Shown here: positions 47,121 to 57,751 of the stretch, piece by piece | Layout: each line of letters starts with the position of its first letter | Numbering within the stretch: position 1 is the stretch's first letter | Origin: Trinickia sp. | Lineage (GTDB): Bacteria > Pseudomonadota > Gammaproteobacteria > Burkholderiales > Burkholderiaceae | Assembly (NCBI RefSeq): GCF_051954495.1 | Contig: NZ_JBQCHR010000082.1 | Location: 5,874-69,873, forward strand | Length of the DNA stretch: 64,000 nt | Reading direction: 5' to 3' | Translations under genes and position numbers: made by a program | The notes under the pieces: generated by a model | Database searches by the model: none | Told to the model about the DNA's origin: nothing | What the model saw: the letters and a program-made list of their open reading frames with translations, nothing else

Positions 47121-48560
47121 ATGAAGCGTAATTTCATCAGCGGTCACTGGCAGGAAAGCACGGCATCGCGCAGGGACATGAATCCGTCCGACCTGGACGA
47201 TGTCGTCGGGGAGTATGCCCAAGCCGATGCCGACGACGCGAGGGCAGCCATCGAAGCGGCTCGCGCGGCACAAGCAGCATGGGCGCATAGCGGCATCCAG
47301 GCGCGCTCGACGTCACTCGATTTCATCGGCTCTGAGCTACTGGCAAGGCAAACGGAACTCGGCACGCTGCTTTCCCGAGAGGAAGGCAAAACGCTTGCCG
47401 AAGGAATGGCGGAAGTGGCTCGTGCCGGCCAAATCTTCAAGTTCTTCGCCGGAGAGGTGCTGCGCACGGGAGGCGAAAAGCTGCCGTCCGTTCGTCCCCT
47501 GGTGGCAGTGGAAGTCACACGCGAGCCAGTAGGCGTCATCGGCATCATCACGCCCTGGAATTTCCCGGTCGCCATTCCGGCGTGGAAGATCGCCCCGGCC
47601 CTTGCCTACGCAAACTGCGTCGTCTTCAAGCCGGCGGATCTCGTCCCTGCATCGGCATGGGCCCTCGCCGAAATCATTTCTCGCAGCGGGATTCCCGCAG
47701 GCGTATTCAACCTTGTCATGGGACGCGGCAGCGTCGTCGGCAATGCGATCGTCTCGTCACCCGACGTCAATGCCGTTTCGTTCACGGGCTCGGTCGAAAC
47801 CGGACGCACGCTATTGCAGCGCGGCGCGCAACAGTTCAAGCGCATGCAGCTCGAGATGGGCGGCAAGAACCCGCTCGTCGTACTCGACGACGCGGATCTC
47901 GACGTCGCGATCGATTGCGCCGTTCAGGGTGCCTACTATTCGACGGGACAACGGTGCACTGCTTCGTCGCGATTCATCGTTCAAAAGGGAATCTATCCCC
48001 GGTTCGTTTCGCGTCTGACCGAAGCGGTCGAAAACCTTCGCGTCGGTCATGCGCTCGATCCGCAAACGCAGATCGGCCCGGTAGTCGACGAGTCGCAATT
48101 GCGGCACGACGAGGGCTATTTGGGCATCGGTAAGAACGAAGGGGCAAAACTCGTCTGCGGAGGTCAGATTCTGTCGAGACGTACCCGTGGGCACTACCTA
48201 TCGCCTGCGCTATTCGTCGATGCGACACCGAAGATGCGCATCGCGCGTGAAGAAATCTTTGGCCCGATCGCGTGCGCCATCGCCGTGGACAGCTATGAGG
48301 AGGCGTTAGCGGTCGCGAACGACAGCCCGTTCGGGCTCTCGTCGGGCATCTGCACCACATCGCTCAAATACGCGGCGCATTTCAAGCGTCATGTGAACAG
48401 CGGTATGACGATGGTGAACGTGCCGACCGCCGGCGTCGATTATCACGTTCCGTTCGGCGGAACGAAGGCGTCCAGCTACGGGCCGCGCGAACAAGGCACG
48501 TATGCGGTCGATTTCTTCACGACCGTCAAAACCGCTTACACGAAGGCATACTTCGATTAA
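47121..48560 (+). CDS. Aldehyde dehydrogenase
   Basis: ITPWNFP, FTGS, LEMGGKNP, GQRCTA and EEIFGP motifs. Confidence 0.93.
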   Translation: MKRNFISGHWQESTASRRDMNPSDLDDVVGEYAQADADDARAAIEAARAAQAAWAHSGIQARSTSLDFIGSELLARQTELGTLLSREEGKTLAEGMAEVARAGQIFKFFAGEVLRTGGEKLPSVRPLVAVEVTREPVGVIGIITPWNFPVAIPAWKIAPALAYANCVVFKPADLVPASAWALAEIISRSGIPAGVFNLVMGRGSVVGNAIVSSPDVNAVSFTGSVETGRTLLQRGAQQFKRMQLEMGGKNPLVVLDDADLDVAIDCAVQGAYYSTGQRCTASSRFIVQKGIYPRFVSRLTEAVENLRVGHALDPQTQIGPVVDESQLRHDEGYLGIGKNEGAKLVCGGQILSRRTRGHYLSPALFVDATPKMRIAREEIFGPIACAIAVDSYEEALAVANDSPFGLSSGICTTSLKYAAHFKRHVNSGMTMVNVPTAGVDYHVPFGGTKASSYGPREQGTYAVDFFTTVKTAYTKAYFD

Positions 48561-48643
48561 TACATGTGCCGGCCAAGCCGGCCGGCACGCTGCAAGCGCC
48601 GCCTCATGCACGCCTGCGCAACAGCATTCCATAGGGAGGAGAC

Positions 48644-50263
48644 GTGGACTTCGATTTGATCATCGTCGGGCTAGGACCGGTTGGCGCGGTAGCGGCCAAT
48701 TTGGCCGGCGAGGCCGGACTGCGCACGCTCGTGCTCGAAAAGTCCCTAACGGTTTTCGATAAGCCTCGCGCAATGGGTTTCGATCAGGAAATCATGCGGA
48801 TCTTCGGCGATCTCGGACTCGCCGATAAAATCGCACCTTACGTGATGCCCTATCGGCCTTCCGAATATCGCACGACCGATTCCAGCCTGATTCGCCGCAT
48901 CGAGGCTGCCGAGCCGCCGTTCCAACTCGGTTGGGCGCCCAACTACGTTTTCATGCAGCCTCAGATCGAAAGCCTGTTGCGTGAAAATCTTGCCCGCTTT
49001 CCATCGGTGACCGTCAAGCTAGGCGCGCAAGTCGATGCCGTGGTGTCCGGCGAAGATGGCGCTTGCGTCACCGTGGCCGAGCCGAACGTGCCAAGCGCAG
49101 CGCGCACGTACCGATCACACTATCTGCTCGCATGCGACGGCGGCACGAGCCCGATCCGCATGGGGCTCGGCTTGGAGATGGAAGACCTCGATTTCGACGA
49201 ACCGTGGCTCGTAGTCGATGTCGTCCTCAAGGACGGATGCGGCGCAAACCTGCCGACGACCAACGTCCAATACTGTGAGATCGAGCGCCCTTGCACATTC
49301 GTAGTCGGGCCGGGTCAAGTCCGGCGCTGGGAGTTCATGATCAACGCCGACGAAACGCCGGCACAAGCGACGGAGCCCGCGTTCGTCCGCCGGCTCATCT
49401 CGCGCTGGCTCGACGAGAGCGAATATGACATCTGGCGCGCCTCGGCCTATCGCTTCCATGCCCTCGTCCTGCGTGAATGGCGGTCGGATCGTGTGTTCTT
49501 CCTAGGCGACGCTGCGCACATGACACCCCCGTTTCTGGCCCAAGGGATGTGCCAAGGGATCCGTGATGCAGCCAACCTCGTCTGGAAGCTGGCCCTCGTC
49601 AACCGTGGCGCGGCCAGTCCCGATCTGCTCGACACCTATCAGGCCGAACGGCTGCCGCACGTGAAGCAAACCACGCTCGTGACGAAATCGCTCGGCAAGG
49701 TGATCTGCGAACGCGATCCCGCAGCCGCACGCGAGCGGGACAAACGCTTGCTCGAAGAAATGGCTGCCAATCCGCGAGGAACTGTCCGGCAATCGTTGAT
49801 TCCAGGGCTCAGCGCGGGCCTTCTGTCCGCATCGAATGAGGGCCCGCGCGGTCAATTGTTTCCGCAACCGCTCGTCAGGACTGCGGAAGGCCGCAAATGC
49901 CTGCTCGACGAAGCAACCGGCATGACGTTTCGTATCGTCGTCAGGGATAACACCGATGCAGCCGTCATCGAACGCATGGCGGCGGAATGGAGTGTCCTGT
50001 GCGATGTTCCGTTGGAGCGGGTCGTGATCAGGACAGAGGCGCTGACGTCAGGCGCGCCTTCGTATGCCTACCAGGACGTCGACGGGGTACTCGTCAACTG
50101 GATGCACCAGCATGATTGCGCCGCCGTGATCGTGCGGCCCGATCACTACGTGTACGGCGGCTGCCGTAAGGCGGAAGACGCGGTCACGATGATCCGTGAG
50201 TTGGCCGCCGCGCTGCCGGCAGGCAAGGCGCACGAACATCCGAGAAGAGCCGCCTGCGCTTGA
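48644..50263 (+). CDS. MhpA-like FAD-dependent aromatic hydroxylase
   Basis: VGLGPVG, LACDGG, LGDAAHMTPPFLAQGMCQGIRDA and VRPDHYV motifs. Confidence 0.9.
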   Translation: MDFDLIIVGLGPVGAVAANLAGEAGLRTLVLEKSLTVFDKPRAMGFDQEIMRIFGDLGLADKIAPYVMPYRPSEYRTTDSSLIRRIEAAEPPFQLGWAPNYVFMQPQIESLLRENLARFPSVTVKLGAQVDAVVSGEDGACVTVAEPNVPSAARTYRSHYLLACDGGTSPIRMGLGLEMEDLDFDEPWLVVDVVLKDGCGANLPTTNVQYCEIERPCTFVVGPGQVRRWEFMINADETPAQATEPAFVRRLISRWLDESEYDIWRASAYRFHALVLREWRSDRVFFLGDAAHMTPPFLAQGMCQGIRDAANLVWKLALVNRGAASPDLLDTYQAERLPHVKQTTLVTKSLGKVICERDPAAARERDKRLLEEMAANPRGTVRQSLIPGLSAGLLSASNEGPRGQLFPQPLVRTAEGRKCLLDEATGMTFRIVVRDNTDAAVIERMAAEWSVLCDVPLERVVIRTEALTSGAPSYAYQDVDGVLVNWMHQHDCAAVIVRPDHYVYGGCRKAEDAVTMIRELAAALPAGKAHEHPRRAACA

Positions 50264-50283
50264 TCGACAAGGCATTCTGTGCA

Positions 50284-50315
50284 GCGCGAGGGGTCGTCAC
50301 CCTCGCGCTTTTTTT
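50284..50315 (+). terminator. Intrinsic terminator
   Basis: GCGCGAGGG-GTCGTCA-CCCTCGCGC followed by TTTTTTT. Confidence 0.85.
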
Positions 50316-50405
50316 GTTTGCTCGACGAAGAATTCGATCTTGCATATCGGCATATTTTGCGCATAAAATCTATCTCATCGACAAATCCGCAGTCAACTCA
50401 CGCCC

Positions 50406-51101
50406 ATGGACTCAACATCCGCTTCGAACGGTGTACCGCTGATCGACGTCGCTTTCGCCCGAATGAAGACGTCGATCATCCGATGCGAACTCGCACCGGG
50501 TACGCGGCTGAAGGTCGAAAGCCTCTCCAAGGCATACGGGCTGAGCAGTTCGCCGATCCGTGAGGCCTTGAACCGGCTTGCGCAAGACGGCATCGTCCAA
50601 GCGACGGAAAACCGTGGGTTCTGGGTCGCTCCGATCAGCATCGAAGATTTTAAGGACATCACGCGGCTGCGCGTGCTCCTGGAACTAGAGGCTCTCAGCG
50701 ATTCGATCGTGCATGGCGACGAAGAATGGGAAGTGGCCGTGCTCACGGCCTTTCATCGATTGAGCCTCGCGGAGAAACGTCTCGGCTCCGGCCCGGTGGC
50801 ACTCGACGACGACTGGTCCGAACGCCACCGCGCCTATCATATGGCGTTGCTGTCGGCCACGCCCAGCGCCCTGCTCTCCAATATGGTGGCTTCGCTCTTC
50901 GATCGCGCCGAGCGGTATCGTCGCTATTCCGCTCTATATCGAACCGAAGAGCGCCATAAGAACAGCGAGCACGAAGGACTCATGAAGGCCGCGATCGATC
51001 GAGACGCTGAAAAAGCTACACGTCTGCTGCGCAAGCATATCGAAGGTACGCTGACACGTGTGACAGCGGCGCTCGAGCGCCAATTAGCTACCGTCCAATA
51101 A
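50406..51101 (+). CDS. GntR/FCD-family regulator
   Basis: LAPGTRL...SSSPIREAL wHTH and an FCD domain (HRAYH...EH). Confidence 0.9.
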   Translation: MDSTSASNGVPLIDVAFARMKTSIIRCELAPGTRLKVESLSKAYGLSSSPIREALNRLAQDGIVQATENRGFWVAPISIEDFKDITRLRVLLELEALSDSIVHGDEEWEVAVLTAFHRLSLAEKRLGSGPVALDDDWSERHRAYHMALLSATPSALLSNMVASLFDRAERYRRYSALYRTEERHKNSEHEGLMKAAIDRDAEKATRLLRKHIEGTLTRVTAALERQLATVQ

Positions 51102-51208
51102 AGTCCAATAAACAAGCGCCGCGCTGGTGATAAACCGCGCGGCGTCTTCCTTTTCTGCGAGTATCGACGAGGCAACGTATTGCCTCGCCTTCCCGATACT
51201 CGCCTTCC

Positions 51209-52327
51209 TCAAAACACCGTTTGCATCCCGATCCGGCCAATGAACTGCGAGCGGCCGCTCGACGGGCCGAACGTTCCGTTGATGACCGCCGTCGCGCCAG
51301 AGTTAGTCAACTGATAGGCGCCTTGGACATAAACCGCCGTCCGTTTGGACAGGAAATACTTGGCAACGGCAGCAACTTGATGCGCGTGGTTATGATCCAC
51401 CCCGGCATTGCCCCACATGTAGGTGTAGGCGAGGCTCGTTGCGAACGCAGGCGTGAAGCGATAGAGCGCGCCCGCTTCCGCGGCATTCACTGCCGCACCG
51501 TTCTGAGTATTGCGCGTATTAGTGAAGAGCGCCGTTAGCAGCAGTTTCTGCCCTTTGTATTTCGCACCGAAGCCGAAGTTTCGAATGCTGTCACCGAGCA
51601 TCGCCGCGTAGCGAACGTCGGTATAGGCCGCACCGAACGCGAACGGCCCGGTGGTGTAGCTCGCACCAAGACTATCCGCACTATTCTGACGAAAGTTTCC
51701 GGCAGTGCCGCCAAAGGCGTACATGCCCCCGAACCGCAGCCCCCCGAAGAGCGGGCTCGTGTATTTAACCGAGTTATTCAAGGGGGTGTCGCCGTTCATG
51801 CGATCGAAATCGAACGCCTCGTCCGGTGGCGAATCCGGAATGCCCAACTTGGCAAACGGACCATCGCGGAACTGATAAAAGCCGCCGCCATACATCGCCA
51901 TATCGGCGCCCACGTCGGCAAACAGCGTGTCGACCATGAAGTCGTATTGACGGCCGAGCGAGAGCTTCCCGTACCGATCGTTATCGAGGCCTACCCACGC
52001 ATTGCGCGCGAACAGACCGACTCCTGAGCCGCTGCCGTTCGATTTCTGAGAAACGAGCGTTCCATTCAACGAGAACTGTGTCGTCAACTGAAAAACCGCC
52101 CGCGTGCCGTTACCCAAGTCTTCCGTGCCCTTGAACCCCATCAGGTTCGGCAGCGCGATGCCGTCGTCCATCCTCCATGCGGAATGTCCCCCGATATTGC
52201 TGATGTACGACACCCCGGCATCGAGCAAGCCCCACAGCGTCACACTGCTTTGAGCGTGCGCACTCGGCACGACGCCGACACACGTTCCCACCGCGACTGT
52301 CGCAGCGGCCATGATGCGCTTCTTCAC
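51209..52327 (-). CDS. Gram-negative trimeric porin
   Basis: AHA-QSSVTLWGLLDAG, GFKGTEDLG, NNSVKY, YFLSKRT and terminal F; GTG start with GGAGGAG RBS. Confidence 0.92.
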   Translation of the reverse strand: MKKRIMAAATVAVGTCVGVVPSAHAQSSVTLWGLLDAGVSYISNIGGHSAWRMDDGIALPNLMGFKGTEDLGNGTRAVFQLTTQFSLNGTLVSQKSNGSGSGVGLFARNAWVGLDNDRYGKLSLGRQYDFMVDTLFADVGADMAMYGGGFYQFRDGPFAKLGIPDSPPDEAFDFDRMNGDTPLNNSVKYTSPLFGGLRFGGMYAFGGTAGNFRQNSADSLGASYTTGPFAFGAAYTDVRYAAMLGDSIRNFGFGAKYKGQKLLLTALFTNTRNTQNGAAVNAAEAGALYRFTPAFATSLAYTYMWGNAGVDHNHAHQVAAVAKYFLSKRTAVYVQGAYQLTNSGATAVINGTFGPSSGRSQFIGRIGMQTVF

Positions 52328-52716
52328 TTTCGTCTCCTCCGATTGCATTGCTTGGATCACATTTGACGCACACATCAACTACACATACACATTTCACTCT
52401 TTTATGCATATTCCATCAAACGCCTGTGATGGTCAATGCCGGTGTGGGCAAATCGGGCTCAGTGTTTACACGCGTGTGCGTCGCGGAAAAACAGGAGGAT
52501 TGAACTTGCTAAGGAGAGAAAGCGAGAAGGCGAGTCACGTCGCGAGCGGAAAGCCTCGCATGTGGAGGGCTACGATGAGGAATGGGACAGGATGAGGGGA
52601 TGCACGCTATGAGGCGCCGCGTCTTGCCGCGGGATCGGCCATGTCACCACATCCGCAATGCCGTGGCAGTACAAGTTCGGCACCGAAGGCGCGAATGATG
52701 CCTAGTAGAGATGAAG

Positions 52717-53043
52717 CTAGTTCTGAGCTTGTTGCTCAAGGTGGGGAGCCCCGGAACGGGCCCTCCGTGTTCGCGATCGTTCGGAAGACCGACCAAGTCC
52801 GCGCCGATCGACTTCATCTTTAGCGGCTCGAATTGCATCGTAGAACGTGCGCTCAGTGGCGACACATGTTCGATCGACGTTCACCACCCAGCGATCGAAC
52901 ATGTAGCGCCAGCGGATCCGACGCTCCTCGAGCAGCTCAGAGAACCAACGCCAGACCGACGCATCTTCGGCGTTGACAGCGGCAGCTGCGTTGACGCGAA
53001 CGCGTTGCATGGGGTCCATCGGATTACGCTCGCTCGAACCCAT
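52717..53043 (-). CDS. Small hypothetical protein
   Basis: AEDASVWRWFSELLEERRIRW block looks protein-like; start codon uncertain. Confidence 0.5.
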   Translation of the reverse strand: MGSSERNPMDPMQRVRVNAAAAVNAEDASVWRWFSELLEERRIRWRYMFDRWVVNVDRTCVATERTFYDAIRAAKDEVDRRGLGRSSERSRTRRARSGAPHLEQQAQN

Positions 53044-53069
53044 TTGTTATCGACATGTCGGCGCAACGC

Positions 53070-53933
53070 TCACGCCCGAGCGTCGGAGTAAACATAAAAG
53101 CCCCGCCCGCTCTTTCGTCCCAGATAGCCGGCATCGACCATCTCCCTGAGCAACGGCGCGGGGCGATACTTCGGATCGTTGAAATCGCGGCACAGCACAT
53201 CCATGATCGCCAGCGTCGTATCCAACCCGATCAGATCGGCCAATGCGAGCGGCCCAATGGGATGATTCGCTCCGAGCTTCATACCCGCATCGATCTGTTC
53301 GGCGCTCGCGAGCCCTTCATGTAACGAGAAAATCGCTTCGTTGATCATCGGTGCGAGAATCCGGTTGACCGCGAAGCCCGGCGAGTTCTTCACGTCGATC
53401 GGCGTCTTGCCGAGTCGCTCTGCGAATCGGACAACCGTATCGAATGTCGCATCGCTCGTCTGCAAGCCGCGAATGACTTCGACGAGTTCCATGACGGGTA
53501 CGGGGTTGAAGAAATGCAGTCCTACGAAGCGGCTGGGGTGTGCAAGCACGGCCCCGAGTTTCGTCACCGATACCGATGACGTATTGGTCGCGATGATGGC
53601 ATCGGATCGAACAATGCCGTCGAGCGCCTTGAGAATGTCCTGCTTGATCTGCAAGCGCTCAGTCGCGGCCTCGATGACCAGCTCGCAGGCTGCAAGTTGT
53701 CGCACTTCGGTGCTTCCGTTTACTCGCGCGCGTATCGAGCTCGCTTCGCTATCCGAGATCGTTCCCTTCGACACCATGCGCGCGAGGCCGGCCTCGACAC
53801 CGAGCAAACCACGACATATCGCTTCGTCGTCGATATCATTGAGAATGACGTTCCATCCCGCGACAGCACAGACCTGCGCGATGCCGCGCCCCATCTGCCC
53901 GGCGCCGATAATCCCTACCATCTGTATGTTCAT
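53070..53933 (-). CDS. 3-hydroxybutyryl-CoA dehydrogenase
   Basis: [32 protein letters not shown] and [15 protein letters not shown] motifs. Confidence 0.92.
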   Translation of the reverse strand: MNIQMVGIIGAGQMGRGIAQVCAVAGWNVILNDIDDEAICRGLLGVEAGLARMVSKGTISDSEASSIRARVNGSTEVRQLAACELVIEAATERLQIKQDILKALDGIVRSDAIIATNTSSVSVTKLGAVLAHPSRFVGLHFFNPVPVMELVEVIRGLQTSDATFDTVVRFAERLGKTPIDVKNSPGFAVNRILAPMINEAIFSLHEGLASAEQIDAGMKLGANHPIGPLALADLIGLDTTLAIMDVLCRDFNDPKYRPAPLLREMVDAGYLGRKSGRGFYVYSDARA

Positions 53934-55168
53934 ATCGCTTTCTTCGTGCGCAACGCGTCGATCTCCGCTGCGCTCGCTGCAAGCCAATCCGACAACACCT
54001 CTTCCGTATGCTGCCCGAGCGTCGGTGGTGCGTTCCGATACTGCACGGGCGACTCCGACAAGCGAATCGGATTCGCCACGAGCGGCACGTCCTTCGCGAC
54101 TGGATGAGGCATCTCGATCCGTGTGCCACGAGCCTGCACGTGAGGATCCGCGAACACTCGATCGAGGGTATTGATCGGGCCGCAGGGCACACCGGCCGCC
54201 TCCATCGCGGCAACCCATTCATCGGTCGTCCGGCGCACTGTCATGCCGTGAATCAGCGCGATCAATTCGTTCCGATGCTTGACGCGCTGCGGATTCGTGG
54301 CGAAGCGTTCGTCGCTCGACCATTCCGGTTTGCCCAGCGTCTTGCACAAATTCGCAAATTGACTGTCGTTGCCGACGGCCACGATCATGTATCCATCAGC
54401 TGTCGGAAACTCCTGGTACGGCACGATGTTCGGATGCGCATTCCCCATGCGTCGAGGCACGACGCCGCCGATCAAATAATTCGCTGCTTGGTTAGCAAGG
54501 CACGCGATCTGAACATCAAGCAGCGCCAGATCGATATGCTGCCCTTCGCCTGATTGTTCCCGACGCTTCAATGCAGCCAGGACTGCAACCGTCGCGTACA
54601 GCCCCGTCATGATGTCGGTCAGCGCAACGCCGACCTTGATCGGGCCAGCGCCTTCCGTGCCGTCGGGACGGCCGGTCAAGCTCATCAGGCCGCCCATGCC
54701 CTGAATCAGAAAGTCGTAGCCGGCGCGCGACGCGTAAGGGCCGGTCTGGCCAAACCCGGTGATCGAGCAATAGACGAGTCGCGGATTGATTGCCTTCAGG
54801 CTTGCGTAATCGAGCCCATACTGTGCCAGGCCGCCCACCTTGAAATTCTCGAGTACGACGTCGGCCTTCGCCGCCAACTGCCGCACAACGCGCTGCCCTT
54901 CCGCACTCGCGATATCGATCGTTACCGATCGCTTATTGCGGTTGGCGCTCAGGTAGTAGGCTGATTCGCCGGTCGAATGACCTTCGGGATCATTCAACCA
55001 GGGCGGGCCCCAAGCGCGCGTCTCGTCGCCCGCACGCGGGCGCTCCACCTTGATGACGTCGGCGCCGAGATCGGCCAGCAACTGCCCCGCCCACGGGCCC
55101 GCGAGCACGCGAGAAAGATCGAGGACGCGCACGCCCGCGAGCGCGCCCGGTTGCAAGGTATCGTTCAT
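53930..55168 (-). CDS. CaiB/BaiF class III CoA-transferase (glutarate CoA-transferase-like)
   Basis: [17 protein letters not shown] and [15 protein letters not shown] motifs. Confidence 0.9.
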   Translation of the reverse strand: MNDTLQPGALAGVRVLDLSRVLAGPWAGQLLADLGADVIKVERPRAGDETRAWGPPWLNDPEGHSTGESAYYLSANRNKRSVTIDIASAEGQRVVRQLAAKADVVLENFKVGGLAQYGLDYASLKAINPRLVYCSITGFGQTGPYASRAGYDFLIQGMGGLMSLTGRPDGTEGAGPIKVGVALTDIMTGLYATVAVLAALKRREQSGEGQHIDLALLDVQIACLANQAANYLIGGVVPRRMGNAHPNIVPYQEFPTADGYMIVAVGNDSQFANLCKTLGKPEWSSDERFATNPQRVKHRNELIALIHGMTVRRTTDEWVAAMEAAGVPCGPINTLDRVFADPHVQARGTRIEMPHPVAKDVPLVANPIRLSESPVQYRNAPPTLGQHTEEVLSDWLAASAAEIDALRTKKAI

Positions 55169-55178
55169 GGCCGTCGGA

Positions 55179-56363
55179 TTAGAACGCGGCGATGCCGGTC
55201 ATGGCGCGCCCGAGAATCAGCGCGTGGACGTCGTGCGTCCCTTCATAGGTGTTGACGACTTCGAGATTCACGAGATGGCGGGCGACGCCGAACTCATCGC
55301 TGATGCCGTTGCCGCCGAGCATGTCGCGCGCCATGCGAGCGATGTCGAGCGCCTTGCCGCACGAATTGCGCTTCATGATCGACGTGATTTCAACCGTGGC
55401 CGTCCCTTCGTCCTTCATGCGGCCGAGCCGCAAGCAGCCTTGCAGACCGAGCGTGATTTCCGTTTGCATGTCGGCCAGTTTCTTTTGAATCAATTGGTTC
55501 GCCGCAAGCGGCTTGCCGAATTGCTTACGATCGAGCACGTATTGGCGGGCACGGTGCCAGCAATCCTCGGCCGCTCCGAGGGCGCCCCAAGCGATCCCGT
55601 AGCGCGCGCTGTTCAGGCAGGTGAACGGCCCTTTCAAGCCGCGCACATCGGCGAAGGCATTCTCTTCCGGGCAGAACACTTCGTCCATGACGATTTCGCC
55701 CGTAATCGACGCCCGCAGTCCCACCTTCCCGTGAATGGCGGGAGCCGACAATCCCTTCCAGCCTTTCTCCAGCACGAAGCCGCGAATTGCACCTTCGTCG
55801 TCCTTTGCCCAGACGACGAACACGTCGGCGATCGGACTGTTCGTGATCCACATCTTATTGCCGGTCAGCTGGTAACCGCCCGCCACTTTCCGCGCGCGCG
55901 TCACCATGCTTCCCGGATCCGAGCCGTGATTCGGCTCGGTCAATCCGAAGCAGCCGATCCACTCGCCCGCCGCGAGCTTCGGCAGATATTTCTGTTTGAG
56001 GGCCGCGCTGCCGAATTCGTTGATCGGCACCATCACGAGCGAAGACTGGACGCTCATCATCGAGCGATAGCCCGAATCGACGCGCTCCACTTCGCGCGCC
56101 ACGAGACCGTAGCTGACATAGTTAAGGCCCGCGCCACCGTAGGCTTCGGGAATCGTCACGCCCAGCAGCCCCAGGTCACCCATCTCGCGGAAAATTCCGG
56201 GCTCCGTCTGCTCGTTGCGGAATGCCTCCAGCACGCGCGGCGCGAGCCGCTCCTGGCTGTAGACACGTGCCGATTCGGCGACCATCCGCTCTTCGTCGCT
56301 CAACTGCTGCGCGAGCAGTAACGGATCATCCCATTGAAACGACGACTTGTGCTGTTTGCTCAT
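55179..56363 (-). CDS. gcdH: Glutaryl-CoA dehydrogenase
   Basis: [35 protein letters not shown] and [15 protein letters not shown] motifs. Confidence 0.93.
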   Translation of the reverse strand: MSKQHKSSFQWDDPLLLAQQLSDEERMVAESARVYSQERLAPRVLEAFRNEQTEPGIFREMGDLGLLGVTIPEAYGGAGLNYVSYGLVAREVERVDSGYRSMMSVQSSLVMVPINEFGSAALKQKYLPKLAAGEWIGCFGLTEPNHGSDPGSMVTRARKVAGGYQLTGNKMWITNSPIADVFVVWAKDDEGAIRGFVLEKGWKGLSAPAIHGKVGLRASITGEIVMDEVFCPEENAFADVRGLKGPFTCLNSARYGIAWGALGAAEDCWHRARQYVLDRKQFGKPLAANQLIQKKLADMQTEITLGLQGCLRLGRMKDEGTATVEITSIMKRNSCGKALDIARMARDMLGGNGISDEFGVARHLVNLEVVNTYEGTHDVHALILGRAMTGIAAF

Positions 56364-56485
56364 TTCTGGCTCGGAAGGTATTGATCGTGGCGGCCAATTT
56401 ATCGGCCATTCCGCGCTTGATCAAACGATTTATTGTCAGTCTCTTGTGCAAAAATCGCACAATTCAGCGACCAAAGGATTGCATC

Positions 56486-57397
56486 ATGCGTCGAAAGATT
56501 CCATCCACCCTAGCACTGTCCGCGTTCGAAGCGGCGGCACGCCACCAGAGTTTTACGAAAGCCGCCGACGAGCTTGCCGTAACGCAAAGCGCTATTTGCA
56601 GACAAATTGCTTCGTTGGAGGACTTTCTAGGACTCAAGCTGTTTCGCAGCGATCGGCGAGGGGTAGCACTGACTGAAGCCGGCGTTGCTTACAGTCGCAA
56701 GGTGGCCTCCCGCCTCGACGACGTCGAACGGGACGCTGTGGAATTGATGGGCCGCGCCGGCAAGGGCGGTGCGCTCGAAGTCGCGGTCGTGCCGACGTTC
56801 GCTACCAAGTGGCTGCTCCCGCGCATGCCGAAGTTCATGGCGGCCCATCCGGACATCACGATCAACCTCACGACGCGCACACGCCCATTTCTATTCGGCG
56901 ACACAGAATTCGACGCCGCCCTCTACGCGGGTCCCGCGACGTGGCCTGGCACCGGAAGCCAATTCCTGATGCGAGAGAGCCTGATCGCCGTGTGCAGTCC
57001 CAACCTCATTGCGCCCCGACAAAAGCTGAAGGCCGCCGACTGGTCTCGCCATCGTCTATTGCAACAGAGCACACGGCCGTATGCGTGGCGCGAATGGTTC
57101 GCATCACGCGATATGCAGGTCGAAGGCGATATGTCAGGGCCGAGGTACGAGCTGTTTTCGATGCATACGGAAGCAGCCATCCAGGGAATTGGCATTGCCC
57201 TGCTCCCTCGCCTTCTGATCGAGGACGAACTGCAGCGAGGCGTTTTGATTCCGGTTGCTCAGCATGACTATCTGAGCGACCGATCATATTACCTCATCTA
57301 TCCGGAGCAGAAGTCGGACAGCGCACCACTCAGAATCTTTCGCGAGTGGATCGGCGAGGAGGCGCAAAGCTGCCCGGAGCGGCTAGAGTTGGGGTGA
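56486..57397 (+). CDS. LysR-family regulator (GcdR-like)
   Basis: MRRKIPST.AL.AFEAAARHQSFT; divergent from gcdH. Confidence 0.9.
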   Translation: MRRKIPSTLALSAFEAAARHQSFTKAADELAVTQSAICRQIASLEDFLGLKLFRSDRRGVALTEAGVAYSRKVASRLDDVERDAVELMGRAGKGGALEVAVVPTFATKWLLPRMPKFMAAHPDITINLTTRTRPFLFGDTEFDAALYAGPATWPGTGSQFLMRESLIAVCSPNLIAPRQKLKAADWSRHRLLQQSTRPYAWREWFASRDMQVEGDMSGPRYELFSMHTEAAIQGIGIALLPRLLIEDELQRGVLIPVAQHDYLSDRSYYLIYPEQKSDSAPLRIFREWIGEEAQSCPERLELG

Positions 57398-57693
57398 TGC
57401 TTACGCGCTCCATCCAACGGCCACCGCGAGCATGGCCCTTACACGCTCGAATAGTGTTCTCGGCATGAATAATACCCCGGGGCGTGGTCTTCCCCCGATG
57501 CATGCGTAGGAGTCGCAGACCATGGCGTGTCCGGATAACTCTTGGGGCAAGCCCTTCTCCGCGAGGACCTGTCGCTTTTGTGCTACAGAAGTCAGAGAAT
57601 TTTCTAGCGAGATGCCGCCGAGTACAGCCACGAGTATATTCGGCAGCACCGAATTTAAACTCTTCTTTGTAATTCAATGCCTTACATCCGTTA

Positions 57694-57716
57694 TTCGAGT
57701 CCTCTCCTGGGCACCA
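57694..57716 (+). repeat. att core, copy 2 (island end), followed by a terminator-like hairpin at 57722-57747
   Basis: Exact 23-bp match to 26873-26895. Confidence 0.9.
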
Positions 57717-57751
57717 TATTTAAAAGGTCAGCTTTAGCTGGCCTTTTTTCA

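Larger units (their letters stand above)
26896..57716. mobile_element. tRNA-Leu-anchored genomic island (~31 kb, catabolic cargo, no integrase seen)
   Basis: Bounded by a 23-bp direct repeat of the tRNA 3' end; cargo is accessory metabolism. Confidence 0.8.

Noticed and set aside
57330-57677. Integrase remnant next to att copy 2
   Set aside because: No R...HxxR...H/W...Y pattern was found in the frames I examined, which are short or carry no motif.
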